DNA of 63,231 nt, the filler included, from Kipferlia bialata (taxonomy: Eukaryota), in the NCBI GenBank assembly GCA_003568945.1. It is 3 parts of 3 records of this genome, joined end to end, with 100 filler letters (N's around TTAATTAATTAA, not from the genome) between each part and the next. Parts side by side here need not be neighbours in the genome. Positions count along the whole stretch, not along the records: positions 20,496 to 46,668 come from BDIP01000196.1; 2 more parts are not named here. One strand, 5' to 3'. Made by a program: the position numbers and the translations under genes. Shown in pieces: positions 24,373 to 36,583 of this stretch (its first letter is position 1; each line of letters starts with the position of its first letter). Under the pieces are notes generated by a model that saw only the letters and a list, made by a program, of their open reading frames with translations, was not told where the DNA came from and ran no database searches.

Positions 24373-25925
24373 ATGTGTGCGTGTGTGAATGACACGCAAA
24401 AGATACACAATTACATATACACACCTGTCACTGTGTCCTCCCATCTCAAGGACACATCCCAGCCACAGGAATGCAGAGAGCAGGGGCTTGGTCTGGGATC
24501 AGAATATAGGGGAGAGAGAGAGAGAGAGAGAGAGACGGAAAAGCCAAAAGATAACAATATACCTCCTTGGCCAGCTTGTGCACTACTTGATGACAATGTA
24601 TAGTATACACTGAATATAAGTATATATTTTGATATATATGCAATACCTCCTTGACCTCCTTGGGTAGCTTCTGCACAATACGGGGGGCATAGGCCTGTCA
24701 TGAGAGGGCTGCCGAAGACGAGAGAGAGACAGAGAGAGAGAGACGTGAAAGTGAGAGAGAGCGAAGAGGGAAGGGGGAAGTCGGTGGGACATACGGGAAG
24801 GGGGGGGGGGAGAGAGAGATATGAATACATACTATGTACCTTACACAATTGCCACGCCACTCCGACACTTGGCAGTCCCCTCCTGTACGCAGAGTCGGGC
24901 ATGGCACTTCTGGCCAGATCAGTCAGGGCATGGTAGGCACCTAAAGGGTAAGATATATATATACATATATACATAGAGAGAGAGAGAGAGAGAGCGGTAA
25001 GGGCATGGTAGGCACCAGAGATAAGATATAAACATATATAGAGAGAGAGAGAAAGAGAGAGCGGTCAGGGCATGGTAGGCACCTAAAGGGTAAGAGGGGG
25101 GGAGAGAGAGAGAGAGAGAGATATCAAATAATCTCAAGGCCCTGGAGGCACCAAAGGATAGGAGGATGGGGGGGGGGCTCATAAGGAAGGGGGGGGTGGG
25201 GGGGGGGGGGGGGGGGATAAACTGTGGGGGATGGACAGATCCGTGTACACGAGTATATATAATTGCATCAGTGAAGACAGAGTACGGCAAGAGTATTAGA
25301 TATATCTGAGATTGATCAGACAGCAACACAGTGAATAGAGCAAATGAAACTGAAACAGGAGCAGGAGAGAAATACCTGGCACGTACATGTGTATACTCCA
25401 CTTGAGGTACATTGGGGGGGGTATGCATATACTACTAGTATACATATAACATAGTATTGACAAAATCAGAGTGGATTGAGCACCCACCTTGAGATGCCTC
25501 CTCGCCCTGCTGGATGCGTTCCGCCCTATATCTTTCACTACCGCACCCATACCGGCACATGCCAGCTGCACCTTGACATCCATGAATGACCCCCCTCTCA
25601 CTGCAATGTCCATATCTGACTGGGGCGAGGCATACACAGTGCCCCAACTGCCGTATATCACAGGGTCCAGTCCCCCTTCCTCTAGACACTCCCACACAGC
25701 ACTGTGGAAGGGGTGGGCCTTGGGCAGGCGCTGCGTGGTATGTGTCCTCCCTATAGTACTGGCTGTGATGTCTGACAGAGGGAGTGTGTGGTAGACAGGC
25801 AGTAGCACCTCCTCCACACACCCAGTGTGTGTCTCTGTGCACTCAGCTGCATGCTCTGCATAGTGCACCCACTCAGTGAACAGGGTGCCACAGGGGCACT
25901 GGAACTCAGGAGTGCACCCTGGCAT
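23005..25925 (-). CDS. Pol-beta superfamily nucleotidyltransferase (non-canonical poly(A)/TUTase-like) with an N-terminal Zn-finger-like motif
   Basis: Exon 25925-25488 has CPCG...HAAEC and IYGSWGTVYASPQSDMDIAV (hG[GS]x9DhD signature). Small downstream exons (RRGLPSVGVAWQLCK, PLHPGLDPASA) are consistent with a PAP-associated region. 3' end uncertain. Confidence 0.7.
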
Positions 25926-26328
25926 GTGAGATGATACAAAAGAGAGGTCAAAATGCAACACAAGACCAGATGTCAAAATGGGTCACCAAACCCCTATTAT
26001 TTATTGCGCGATGGCACACATCTTTCACATAACTAGATCTATGACTCAATTCCTTCACCAGATAAGTAAGTCACCGGACACAAATCGCAGTATTGTCGTA
26101 TGTGCCATATTGCCAGAAAGACCAAGAGACCATTGCACAGATAAGTGACTATGAGAGACTTCTAAACTGACTACCGTCCCGGGCACCACATACAGAAGAC
26201 CAGGGTATAGGGTAATTTCCTGGTATATATCTATTTCGTTGTATATATCGCCTTGGCGACCGACCATTATATAGTAACACATAAATCTGCGTGTACCAAC
26301 AGGCGTCACCAGTCCTGACTCATATGGG

Positions 26329-27698
26329 TCAGTTCCTGTACGTTGTGGGAGGGAGCACCTGTCTGGCTGCTGGTAGGACGCGTAGGTCCGCAGGTACTAT
26401 CTTGTCAGCCACAGATGCTGCAAAGTCGCGGCAGTTGTGGCTGAGTGGATTGTAGCCTAGCATAGTAAGTCTAAACATCAATCATAATGGGTACTATTTA
26501 TGTTCTGAACAATGCCTCACCTTTGTTTTCCACTGCGTATCTCTGGGCCTCTCTAAGGATCTCTGTGGCAGTCAGAGAGCGTCTAGTGCGACCAACTGGG
26601 TCCACATTAAGATAGCGTGTCCTAGACTTAGACACTTGGTTACATACTTGGGTCATCCGTTGACGACATAAATCAAACAATAATTCGTACATTCACATCC
26701 AACCCAATATATATATGTATACCTATATGTATATGTATACCCTATATACATGGTTCTTGTGAGCACAAGTGTTTACACGTCACCTCAGCCAGTTCTCCAC
26801 GCCCTCCATTAGACAAGCCCTGTCACCCTGTGGTGCCTCCCGACACACGAGTGATGCCGTACCGCCGTTAGTCTGGCATACCACTCCGACAGGGTCCTGA
26901 GAGCCTCTCTGATACCAAGTGGCACTGGGGATCCTGGTGTAAAACTAGATAAATCCAATATCTATAATGAAATATGAGGAATATGAAAATATAGAGTTTG
27001 CAACATATTGGAACTTCTAACGCTGAAGGGGAGGAAAGGTATTGCAAGCACGAGTCTATAGAATTACCTGGTGCTGGTAGACTCACTCAAGTCCACCTCC
27101 TGGGCGACCAAGCCTGCATCGCCCAGAGTACAGATGTACATGTTGTGCTCGATGATCATTTGCTTCTTCCTGAATAGGGTCTTGTTCTTATTAGACACCT
27201 TGGGTGAGATCCGACCAACACTAAGGGACTAGCCAATCAATACATACGTGTGCATTATAGTCAACGTGCTATAGGGTCTGAACATAATATCTTTCCTCGT
27301 ATGTGTGTACATGGACCTCGTGTCTCCCGTGGGCCCCGACACATGCTGAAGTAGCGACAATGCCTGCGTGAAACACGTGCTTCCCCAAGGCACGTCCTAG
27401 AATTATTACTGTTGCCATATTGAGAAGCATGATTGCAATTGAAACCAGTGTTTGAAGTATCTTATCACTCTCTGCATATATGACTATGACACTTGCCACA
27501 CATTTTAGAGTAAACACTATACATACTCATGGAAGAGTTAGAGCTTATTCCCTCTAATACAATGACCAGACGCATACTGGAATGGGGCTCAGACAAACCA
27601 AAACGGAGGATGCTTCCTGACCCACCTATCATGCTGAATCTGAGTCCGAACACACCAGGCCCTACCTGCAGGGGACGTTGAAACAGGTACACGTGCAT
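26329..27698 (-). CDS. Permuted papain-like NlpC/P60 protein (LRAT/PPPDE-like, NC motif)
   Basis: Exons give HVFHAGIV (N-terminal catalytic His), TEILREAQRYA, and a last exon YNPLSHNCRDFA (Y-x5-NC-x2-F). His-before-Cys order is typical of the permuted fold. Confidence 0.65.
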
Positions 27699-28263
27699 GG
27701 CGCCAAACAAGCAACTCCAAAATCTAAAGGATGGTTATGAATGTGGCTACTAGAGGTAGAGAATGAATAGTAAGACCACCTTGAGAGCGTGTAGCACTAC
27801 TGTATAGCAGCCTCAATTGAAACTCTCAATATGACCGGGGTATTCATCTCTACAGTTACAATTCCCTTTCTCTCTACAGTGAATACACGATCTCAAATAC
27901 ATGAATGCCTCTTCTATATCCCTTCTAAAGACCCTATCTCGTAGACACACAGTATGGAAGTCGTCAATCCAGACATGGTGCGTGGGAATATTATAGTTCT
28001 TGAATATCACTCGCAGCAATACACCTTCATTGATCTAGTGGCGTCTGAAGCGAACCTAGAGGTACGACTCTACTGTAGAGTCTCTACATACTACATCCTC
28101 CTTTCCTAGGCATAACACCTCACTAGTAGGTCCCTGCAGACGTGGAGCAGGTACTGCAGATGATAGAGGACCCAGCAGCAGGCCCCTTCGAGGTACACTG
28201 AACTCTGCTATAATGATATTTACTTTACGATAGAGTTCTCCTCTTACCATATTCTCACCCAAG

Positions 28264-29050
28264 GTACTTGGCTTGGCTCTGGACCCCAACCTGAATGATC
28301 AGGACATTGCAGACGCAAGGGGAGCCATTGTGCGTACTCTTACAACGGACATGATCAACACACTACGGGTATGGTTGTTAGTGCTATCTGTGACTCCAAG
28401 CCACGTCCAGGCCGAACAGTCCTTCAGTGCTTACCCATCAATACATGCTATTTACTTCAATCAGTATCTTACGCAGGTGCGAGAGGCTCTGGACCGGGTG
28501 GAGGAGATGATGAGCCACATTGCAACATCTGGGGACAGAAGGTATGAGCTTGCAGTCAAAAGTACAATAGAACTTCTATTACAGAAGTGTTAATGACTGA
28601 GACTACACATACAGACGCCGCTATTGGATTCTACTTTTTCTATGACATGGTGTCTTTGTAGCTCTTGGTGTACCCGTTAATCCCAGGGCCTACCTCAGAG
28701 ACCGCGAGGAGGTCATTGACCAACAGAGAGAGAGAGCCGCAGCCCATGCACGTCACGGGGAGGGTGAGCTGTACAGCATCAAGCTCGACACGTACAAGGT
28801 ACTTGTGTCTAGAGAGACTATGGTGACCATAGTATGGTCTTAGAGCATCTCCTCTTGTGCATACCATGAATCTTCTGATACTGAATATAGATACTCTATT
28901 GCAGGCGTTATGATATACATTGTTCCTAGCAACCATCATTCGCTATCCTCCAGTCCAGAATAGACTACAACAGAAAGACCCGTGGCATCCTGTGGCGCCA
29001 CTGGAACCAGGACATCACTCTCCTACCCAAGGGGTTCAGAGACGGCAAGG
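28264..29050 (+). CDS. Hypothetical protein, multi-exon, ends uncertain
   Basis: GC-richer exons (ALDPNLNDQDIADARGAIVR, VREALDRVEEMM, AYLRDREEVIDQQRE) with GT/AG boundaries. Confidence 0.45.
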
Positions 29051-29512
29051 TATCATGACCTATATTGTATATACTTATACCACATAGTATATATCTATAT
29101 CTATATATATCTAGATGGATAGAACATCAAGTAGGTTGCATGCCAGCAGTGTATTATGCATTCTACAGTGTGTGACCCTGTCTTGACTGACCCAGGACAT
29201 GGATAGACTGCAGTTCCATGAGCCATTTGTAGGGTACATACCCTACCTCGAGATCTGCTCCACTGCAAGGGTATGCATGTATATGTCACACATGAACATT
29301 TCATCTTAAAAATTGGGGACGTAAATATATACTCTACTCAGTACATCTTTAACTCAGGTCACAACCCGTGTGACGGTCTCATACACTCCCCCTACGGCAC
29401 AGTTACCACAGACACTCACAGCTGAGCCGGTATGTGTATATATTCCCGGTATTCAAGCTGCCTACCATCATTAGTAATACACCTCCTAACACAGGTGTAC
29501 CAACAAGACACC

Positions 29513-30532
29513 ATGTCTATCCTCACCCCTCTGGAATGTGGTAAGCTCTCTCTGCACAGGGCTGGGTTTGTGTCTGGGAGTAACCCTGGGTCCTACGGGT
29601 CTGCCAATATATCCAGAGACAACAGTGACAGGTAGGCTCCACTATTACGTCATCAGAGACACATACATCTAGTACAACTTAGTTAAAAGTGAACCCTCCT
29701 CTACTCCCAGGGCTACCAGAGCCCATGTGACCAGGGCCAGGGGTCGCCTTGCCTGCTCTTTAAGGTCTGTCCCCCCCGAGCTGAAGGGTGTCATCCATGG
29801 ACCTCTGGTCTCCGACGACGGAGGCAGCGTCTTCATGAAGCACCCTGACGTCTCCATCTTCCTGACCCTACAGGTACGTGTACTGATATGCTATCGATGT
29901 CTCATTTTGTGTTGTCAGTGACAACTTGTCACCCAAATATCCATCTGTTGTCTTCCCATCTGACCCCAGGTAGAGAGGATGGCCAAGAGGAGACTGCACA
30001 CCCTGAAGCTGGAGGTACCTTACTATATCATACCTGGTGATACTTCGTCTTGGAGTGATACCCCTCTTCTATTGGACTCTACCTCAGGCACTGGAGGCCC
30101 ACAGAGACCGTGTAGAACACAGGCTCAGGGAGCTCCACGGCAAGCGCTTTGTCAAGAGGCTGGACGACCTCACATTCAAGGTTGGCCAGTGGCAGACGGA
30201 GACCAACCCCACTCAGCGTATCCGCAGGGTAAGTAGTTGTTTAGTGTGTGACACACAGTCCCACAATGACTGTAGGAGTTTCTATGATCTAACCGTTTTC
30301 TGCTGCATACAACAAGACTGCAGCAGGACTGCAGATACTGCATGGGTCTCTCTGTATTTATCATATATACATATCATATATATACGGTATATGTTCTCTC
30401 TCTCTAGCAGATGAATACACTGATGACTAGGTACCAGTGCTCGCCCAGCCATACAACTGGAACAGGAAGCTCTACTACGTCCTCATCAATCTCGTGACAG
30501 GGGAGATGTCAGGCCAGCGTCCAATGGATGAG
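29513..30532 (+). CDS. Hypothetical protein, multi-exon
   Basis: ATG at 29513. In-phase exons at 29711-29873, 29970-30014 and 30088-30228, plus an exon near 30431 (LYYVLINLVTGEMSGQRP). Confidence 0.55.
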
Positions 30533-31370
30533 GTGTGTGGCCACTCTACCATAATCGAATTCCCAGAGTAATCCAGTGTATATGTACTAGTTAGCCCCTA
30601 TCTGCCGTTTGGAACTATATACCTCCTTCGTCAAGCGTGTGTTAAGTAATCTCCTGGCTGTATAGTAACAAATTATCATTTACACTGTGTGGTGTCTGCC
30701 TTATAAGAGCAGTTCGATGTACACTTTTCACACACGATAGTTTCTGTGGTTTCCAATAGCGCCATCGCCACAATACTTGACCACAGGCCAAGTCATACAG
30801 CAAGTGGCTCCTGGCACTGGGAATAGTGGGTGTCTTTGTGGTTGGGGGAGTATGCATGTCTGGTGACAAGAAGGGAGAGGATGGGGGAGCTGGGCAGCAG
30901 TGAGCTACTTGTGTGTCACATCATTGATTTGGCCCACATCTTGGGCTTAGAATCCGGGCTATACCTCTCATTTGTCAAGTCTCCTACTGCCACTGTGTAT
31001 TCTAGCGACATTATGGGTATCAGGTGGAAGTATGTATTTAGTGACATTAGTAAGATAGCAGGCACAAGTGACGATACTGGAGGTTAGAGAGGTCGAACAT
31101 ATTGCTTGGAAATTCTTTAGGATTACAATAGACAGGAGTGGTTGGCTAATGCCATAATTCCAATAGTCTCATTATGTGTCACAGTTACTGCAATTCCATT
31201 GTCACTGTCTACTCTCGCGGCTCTGGGCTATGGGACCCATAATGGGTTCACATTATCAGAACATGATCCATATGTTCCAAATTGAACACCACGGGATCGA
31301 CCAACGGCTACTTTACTGTAACTACTGTACGGTACAGTAGTACTGTACCTCAAGACACTGTAGAGGGTCA

Positions 31371-31405
31371 ACAGTGGTGAACAGTGGTGAACAGTGGTGA
31401 ACAGT
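31371..31405. repeat. 10-bp tandem repeat (acagtggtga) x3.5 just upstream of an ATG
   Basis: Read directly. Confidence 0.85.
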
Positions 31406-31449
31406 ACCTTACTGACCTTGCACCCACTGCCTCTCTTCACTGGTCTACA

Positions 31450-32459
31450 ATGGGTGGTGTAATCGGTAGGATTGCACATGCTGTCGGCACTGGAGGTGCA
31501 ACCTTCGCCACAAGCAGGGGGGTGACGAGAGACACCGCGATCGAGATCAGGCGGAGGGCCCTGAAGAGGCTGTGTGGTCAGGTGCAGGCCAAGATCGACG
31601 CTCTCAAGGACGAGTGGGAGGCTGATCACCCTGGTGAGGACATGACTGCTGATGAGGAGGAGGCCATCCGCAGCACTGCCCTCGACACCCTGCTTGTGGC
31701 TGCCGATTCAGTGCTCCGCAAGGCCGAGCGCAAAGAGACCCTGTGGGGCAAGATTAGCAGGTATGATTATAGTGTATACACTTACTGTAGACTAGCCATG
31801 ACTACAAGTTGTAGTCTACAACTTAATGGGGTACATGGTGTATTGCCACATAGTTGGTGTGTATCCGACATTTGTCGGTAATGGTGGTGTGTGGAGGTGG
31901 TCGGCTCAGATAAGCCAACCACTATGTTTTGTTGAATTCATATACATGTGTACTAATCTACTCGTGTAACTTGCTAGGCTATGTTTAGTAGTTAATGACT
32001 CTGGCAGATTATCTTGAGGTCACCTACACCAGGTTCTTCAAGCAGGTCACACACTACGGCACTGACCGCCTATCGGAGCTCCGCCAGCACTACGAGGCGA
32101 TTGTGCGCGAGGTTCAAAACACTGACCTCGCCCCAGAGACCCTGCTTGACGACCAGCTGGCTCTGACCAACACAGTGGAAGCGGCCTACGCTAGACCACC
32201 ACCTGTCGTCACGGAGGAGAGGGCTCCCGGAGTCGGTTTCTGGGACAGTGTGAGGGTGTTCTTCGAGACCGGCTTCGAGTGGGTGAGAGACAACCTCAGC
32301 CCTGCTGCTATTGCCGGATCCCTCACCATAGCTTCCATGGCCCTCCCTTACCCTGCTAACTACGTGGCCAGTGGGGCTGCTGTAGCACTCTCCCTCGTCA
32401 CTACAATCAGGTGCATGCTCTGGGGGCCACTTGACGAGGAGTGTGCCGAGACTCAGTAG
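31450..32459 (+). CDS. Hypothetical helical protein with N-terminal MG and a C-terminal hydrophobic hairpin
   Basis: Two strongly GC3-biased coding blocks (31450-31760 and ~32008-32459). The direct splice is out of phase, so a microexon or different splice site is needed. Confidence 0.6.
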
Positions 32460-32780
32460 AGACTCAGAAGGGAAGGGAAGAGAGGGTGGAGAGAGGGTGT
32501 GGAGTAGAGTGACAACTTAATAGAGCGACATATTTTTCACATTTACATGCTCGCCTAAAGACCTTCTATTGCGAGAGAACATATACATTCGAGAACATAT
32601 ACATTCGAGTAACATTGGGACATGGTACTTGACCATAGGTCGTCTATGGGTCGTCTATCCGCATGATGTTGCAGTCCCCCTCTAGTTCCACAAGGAATGG
32701 GCTAGCCAGTTATATATATACGTACAAATACAACTATACATATATGGTCATTCACCCACAAGAAGTACTTGACAGACTGT

Positions 32781-35700
32781 CTATTCGTCGTCTATCCGCA
32801 TAATGTTGCAGTCCCCCTCCAGCTCCTCCACAAGAGAGGGGTCAGCGAGGAAGCCCCAGTTGGTGAAGTCGCCTGGATATCAGAATACACACGCATAGAT
32901 ATACATATAGATATATAGAGAGAGAGAAAGGGTCAGCAAGGAAGCCCCAGTTGGTGAATTCTCCTAGAGATTAAGAGAGAGGAGAGAGACATAGAGAGAG
33001 AGAGAGAGAGAGAGAGAAAGGGTCAGCAAGGAAGCCCCAGTTGGTGAAGTCACCTGGGGATCAGTACCCATATATTCATATATATACTGTCAGTATAGAT
33101 AGAGAGAAAGAAACCCTGTACCTGGCACCCTGTTCTTGGCCGATGCCCGTGTGTATATATATGTATCAACAGTGGATACATACTAATACTCTGTATACAT
33201 CTAAATATATATCTATGTACACAATCTACACACCTGGCACCCTGTTCTTGGCCGATGCCCGTGTGTCTATATAGTCAGTGTATATCACTATATCCTATAT
33301 ATGTAGTATATACAGTTTATACACACACATATATATATATCAAATATCATATACCTGGCACTCTGTTCTTGGCCGATGCCCGAGTGTATGTCTGGACAAA
33401 GTGGGGCATCCTAGTGATAAGCATTATCATTGGTACATCAAGTATATATACATATGTATATATATATCTCATCCAGCTTAAGGCACCTGCTTATGGGCCT
33501 TGCCATTGTGGGTATGGTATACATACTAATCTATGCATTAATCCATAGTTCATGTATACCCATGTATACATGTATACCAATACACACACACCTGCTTACG
33601 GGCCTTGCCATTGTGGGTATCAGTTACATGTGTTGTGTGTGTGTATAGTCTGTATTTGGTATATATATGCACTATATATTTTATACCTATACTATACTAC
33701 TATACCTGCTTATGGGCCTCGCCATGGTGTGTGGGTATAGTTCACATATATACTATGACACAGCTCTATATATGCATATATATATATATATATGTATGTA
33801 TGTAATATATTGCATACCTGCTTATGGGCCTTGCCATGGTGGGTATCAGGACACACAGGGGGTGCTCATAGACCCAGCTGGGTATGAGATAATAAGAATG
33901 TAAACATACTATGATATACTTCTATATATATATAGGAGAGACAGAGGGAGAGAAGAAGAATATACAGGGGGTGCTTGTAGACCCACCTAGAGTCAGAATC
34001 ATTTGAATAGCCTGGAGAGCAGAGCCTGCGTGCGAAATGATGTATACACCACACACCTTCCAATAGTCTGCAGTTCCTTCCATGTCGACACCATATAGAC
34101 TAGGGGTGTATCTATCTATATATTTGTCTGTCTATATATGCAAATAGAAAGAGAGTATACCACGCACCTTCCAATAGTCTGCAGTTCCTTCCATGTCGAC
34201 AGGATGAATCTCCTGTCCGTTGCATTCTTGCCACCACCACCGGGTAGGAGCTGAGCTAGGACCTAGACGTGAGGTGTTACTACCATATACAACATACATC
34301 ATACCATGCCAAGGAGTCTTCCACAAATATGACTTGACCAGATCAGGCACTCGTCTAACTATCTCTCTCTCAATTCCCCTCCATATCAAATACTGTGTGT
34401 CCATGATTTGAACGGAAATACCCCAACCTCCTTAGTCTGCCACAAGGTAAGTTCTTACACTTAATACTATGATGTGAGTATGCAAAGAGAGAACCTTTCC
34501 CCTTGTCTGAACTGCAAGGTCTGGTACCTTCCGGCTCTTGCACTCTCTCTCATATATGTATATACATATGTATGTATGTGTACATACAGCACATATACAC
34601 TCAAACAAACCTTCCCCCTTGTCTGCACCACTAAGTCTGGCACCTTCTGGCTCTTGTACTCTCTCTCTCTCTCTCTCAATATATATATATATGAATGTAT
34701 ATGTGTGTATGTATGTCCCTACCTTTCCTCTTGTCTGTACCACCAGATCAGGCACCTTCTGGCTCTTGTACTCAGGTTGGAACAGACCCACACCCTTGGA
34801 CTCGTAGTGGTGCAGGATCAGACCACGCAGGAAGATCCTAAGGGTAAGCAACGTACACAAACACACACTATAAAAGTGTGTAAGTAGTACCTTGTTGTGT
34901 CTGGTATCTCAAAGGTGTGGATGCCAGAGCAACATATCAAAAATTGTACATATACATATAGTCATAAAGCAGCAGCCAAAAGACATATACTATGTATGTA
35001 CAAGCGCACTTGTATATGCATATATATACCTCGTTGTGTCTGGTATCTCAAAGGTGTGGATGCCGGGGCTGCCTGGCACAGTTACCTCAACCTCGGGCTG
35101 GGGTTAGTATATAGCTTATACTATAAACATAGTGGTATACCACCTCGGGCTGGGGTAAGCATGTATTGATATAGTACATAGGATATATTCGCATATATAT
35201 ACATATATCGGCCTGTCTGGCACAGTCACCTCCACCTCGGGCTGGGGTCAGAATATGTATACGTATATATAATAGCACATTAGTATAGACATGTACTAAT
35301 CCCCACAACAGAATCCATTCACACTGATGTATATTCGCGGCCACGGAATGCAAGTATGAATATGCAATACTATTGAGAGGGAGAGAAATACTGTACCTCC
35401 GAGAACTGCCTCAGGTACTTCTGGGGCTTGGGGATGACAGGGGGGCGTACTCCTGAGAGTGAGTCATGCCACGATAGCAGTAGTGATATTTATATATATT
35501 CACAGCAGTGATATATTTATCTTTATTTATACATATCTATCTATGAATGACAGGGGGGCGCACTCCTGAGAGTGAGTTGATATACATATACAAGTACAAG
35601 ACTCAAGTGTCTCGTATATACGTGGGAATATAACCCATGTACCTGTCGCTTCATACATGCCACAGACCAGTACAGCGGTAGGATATAAGTATATATAGAA

Positions 35701-36114
35701 CATCCATATATACATGCACCCATATATAGAAGTACTACCTGTCAGCTTGAGGCATGCCTCCGACAGACCAGTGATGTTACAGAGAGACTCAATGCCCTGG
35801 GGTGAGAGAGAGAGGGAGAGAGGGAGAATTGAACAATATACAATTCACTCAAAGTATCTAGTTACTAAAGTATACCTGCCACAGCACATAGCAGCTCTTC
35901 ATGTGCTCTATGAGGGTGGGTCTGTCCAGGGAATATCCATATATATATCCATACACATATACTATACTATTAATACTATACTCTATACACTATATACTCT
36001 ACCTGCCACAGGACATAGCAGCTCTTCATGTGCTCTATGAGGGTGGGTCTATCTAGGGCATCCAGCTCGAAGATGGACACGAATGAACTAGACGAGACAC
36101 TAAGGGTGAGACGA

Positions 36115-36152
<38 letters not shown>

Positions 36153-36217
36153 TGTCAAGGGCATCCAGCTCAAAGATGGACACGAACGAACTAGAGGAGA
36201 TACTATGGGTGAGATGA

Positions 36218-36265
<48 letters not shown>

Positions 36266-36550
36266 GAGAGACAGATATGTCAAGGGTATCCAGCTCAAAG
36301 ATGGATACGAAAGAGTTGAGGTACTGGGAATTAGGGATGTAGAGTGAGAGAGGATAAACACATATACACTGCACTATACATGCATACACACCTCTTCCCC
36401 TTGATGCTGTCTGTCATGGGTGTCTCTGTCACTCATATCCCCTCTCTATCTCTCTCTCTATATATATAATAACATATACACTATACACTACATGTACCTC
36501 TTCCCCTTGATGCTGTATTTCATGGGTGTCTCCGTGACCTCAGGCTCAGA

Positions 36551-36583
<33 letters not shown>

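Noticed and set aside
27813..28019. 68-aa Cys-containing ORF
   Set aside because: Short, non-ATG start in the track, AT-rich, with no recognisable motif.
30431..30532. WW-domain-like peptide
   Set aside because: The signature tryptophan spacing is not met; too weak to call.
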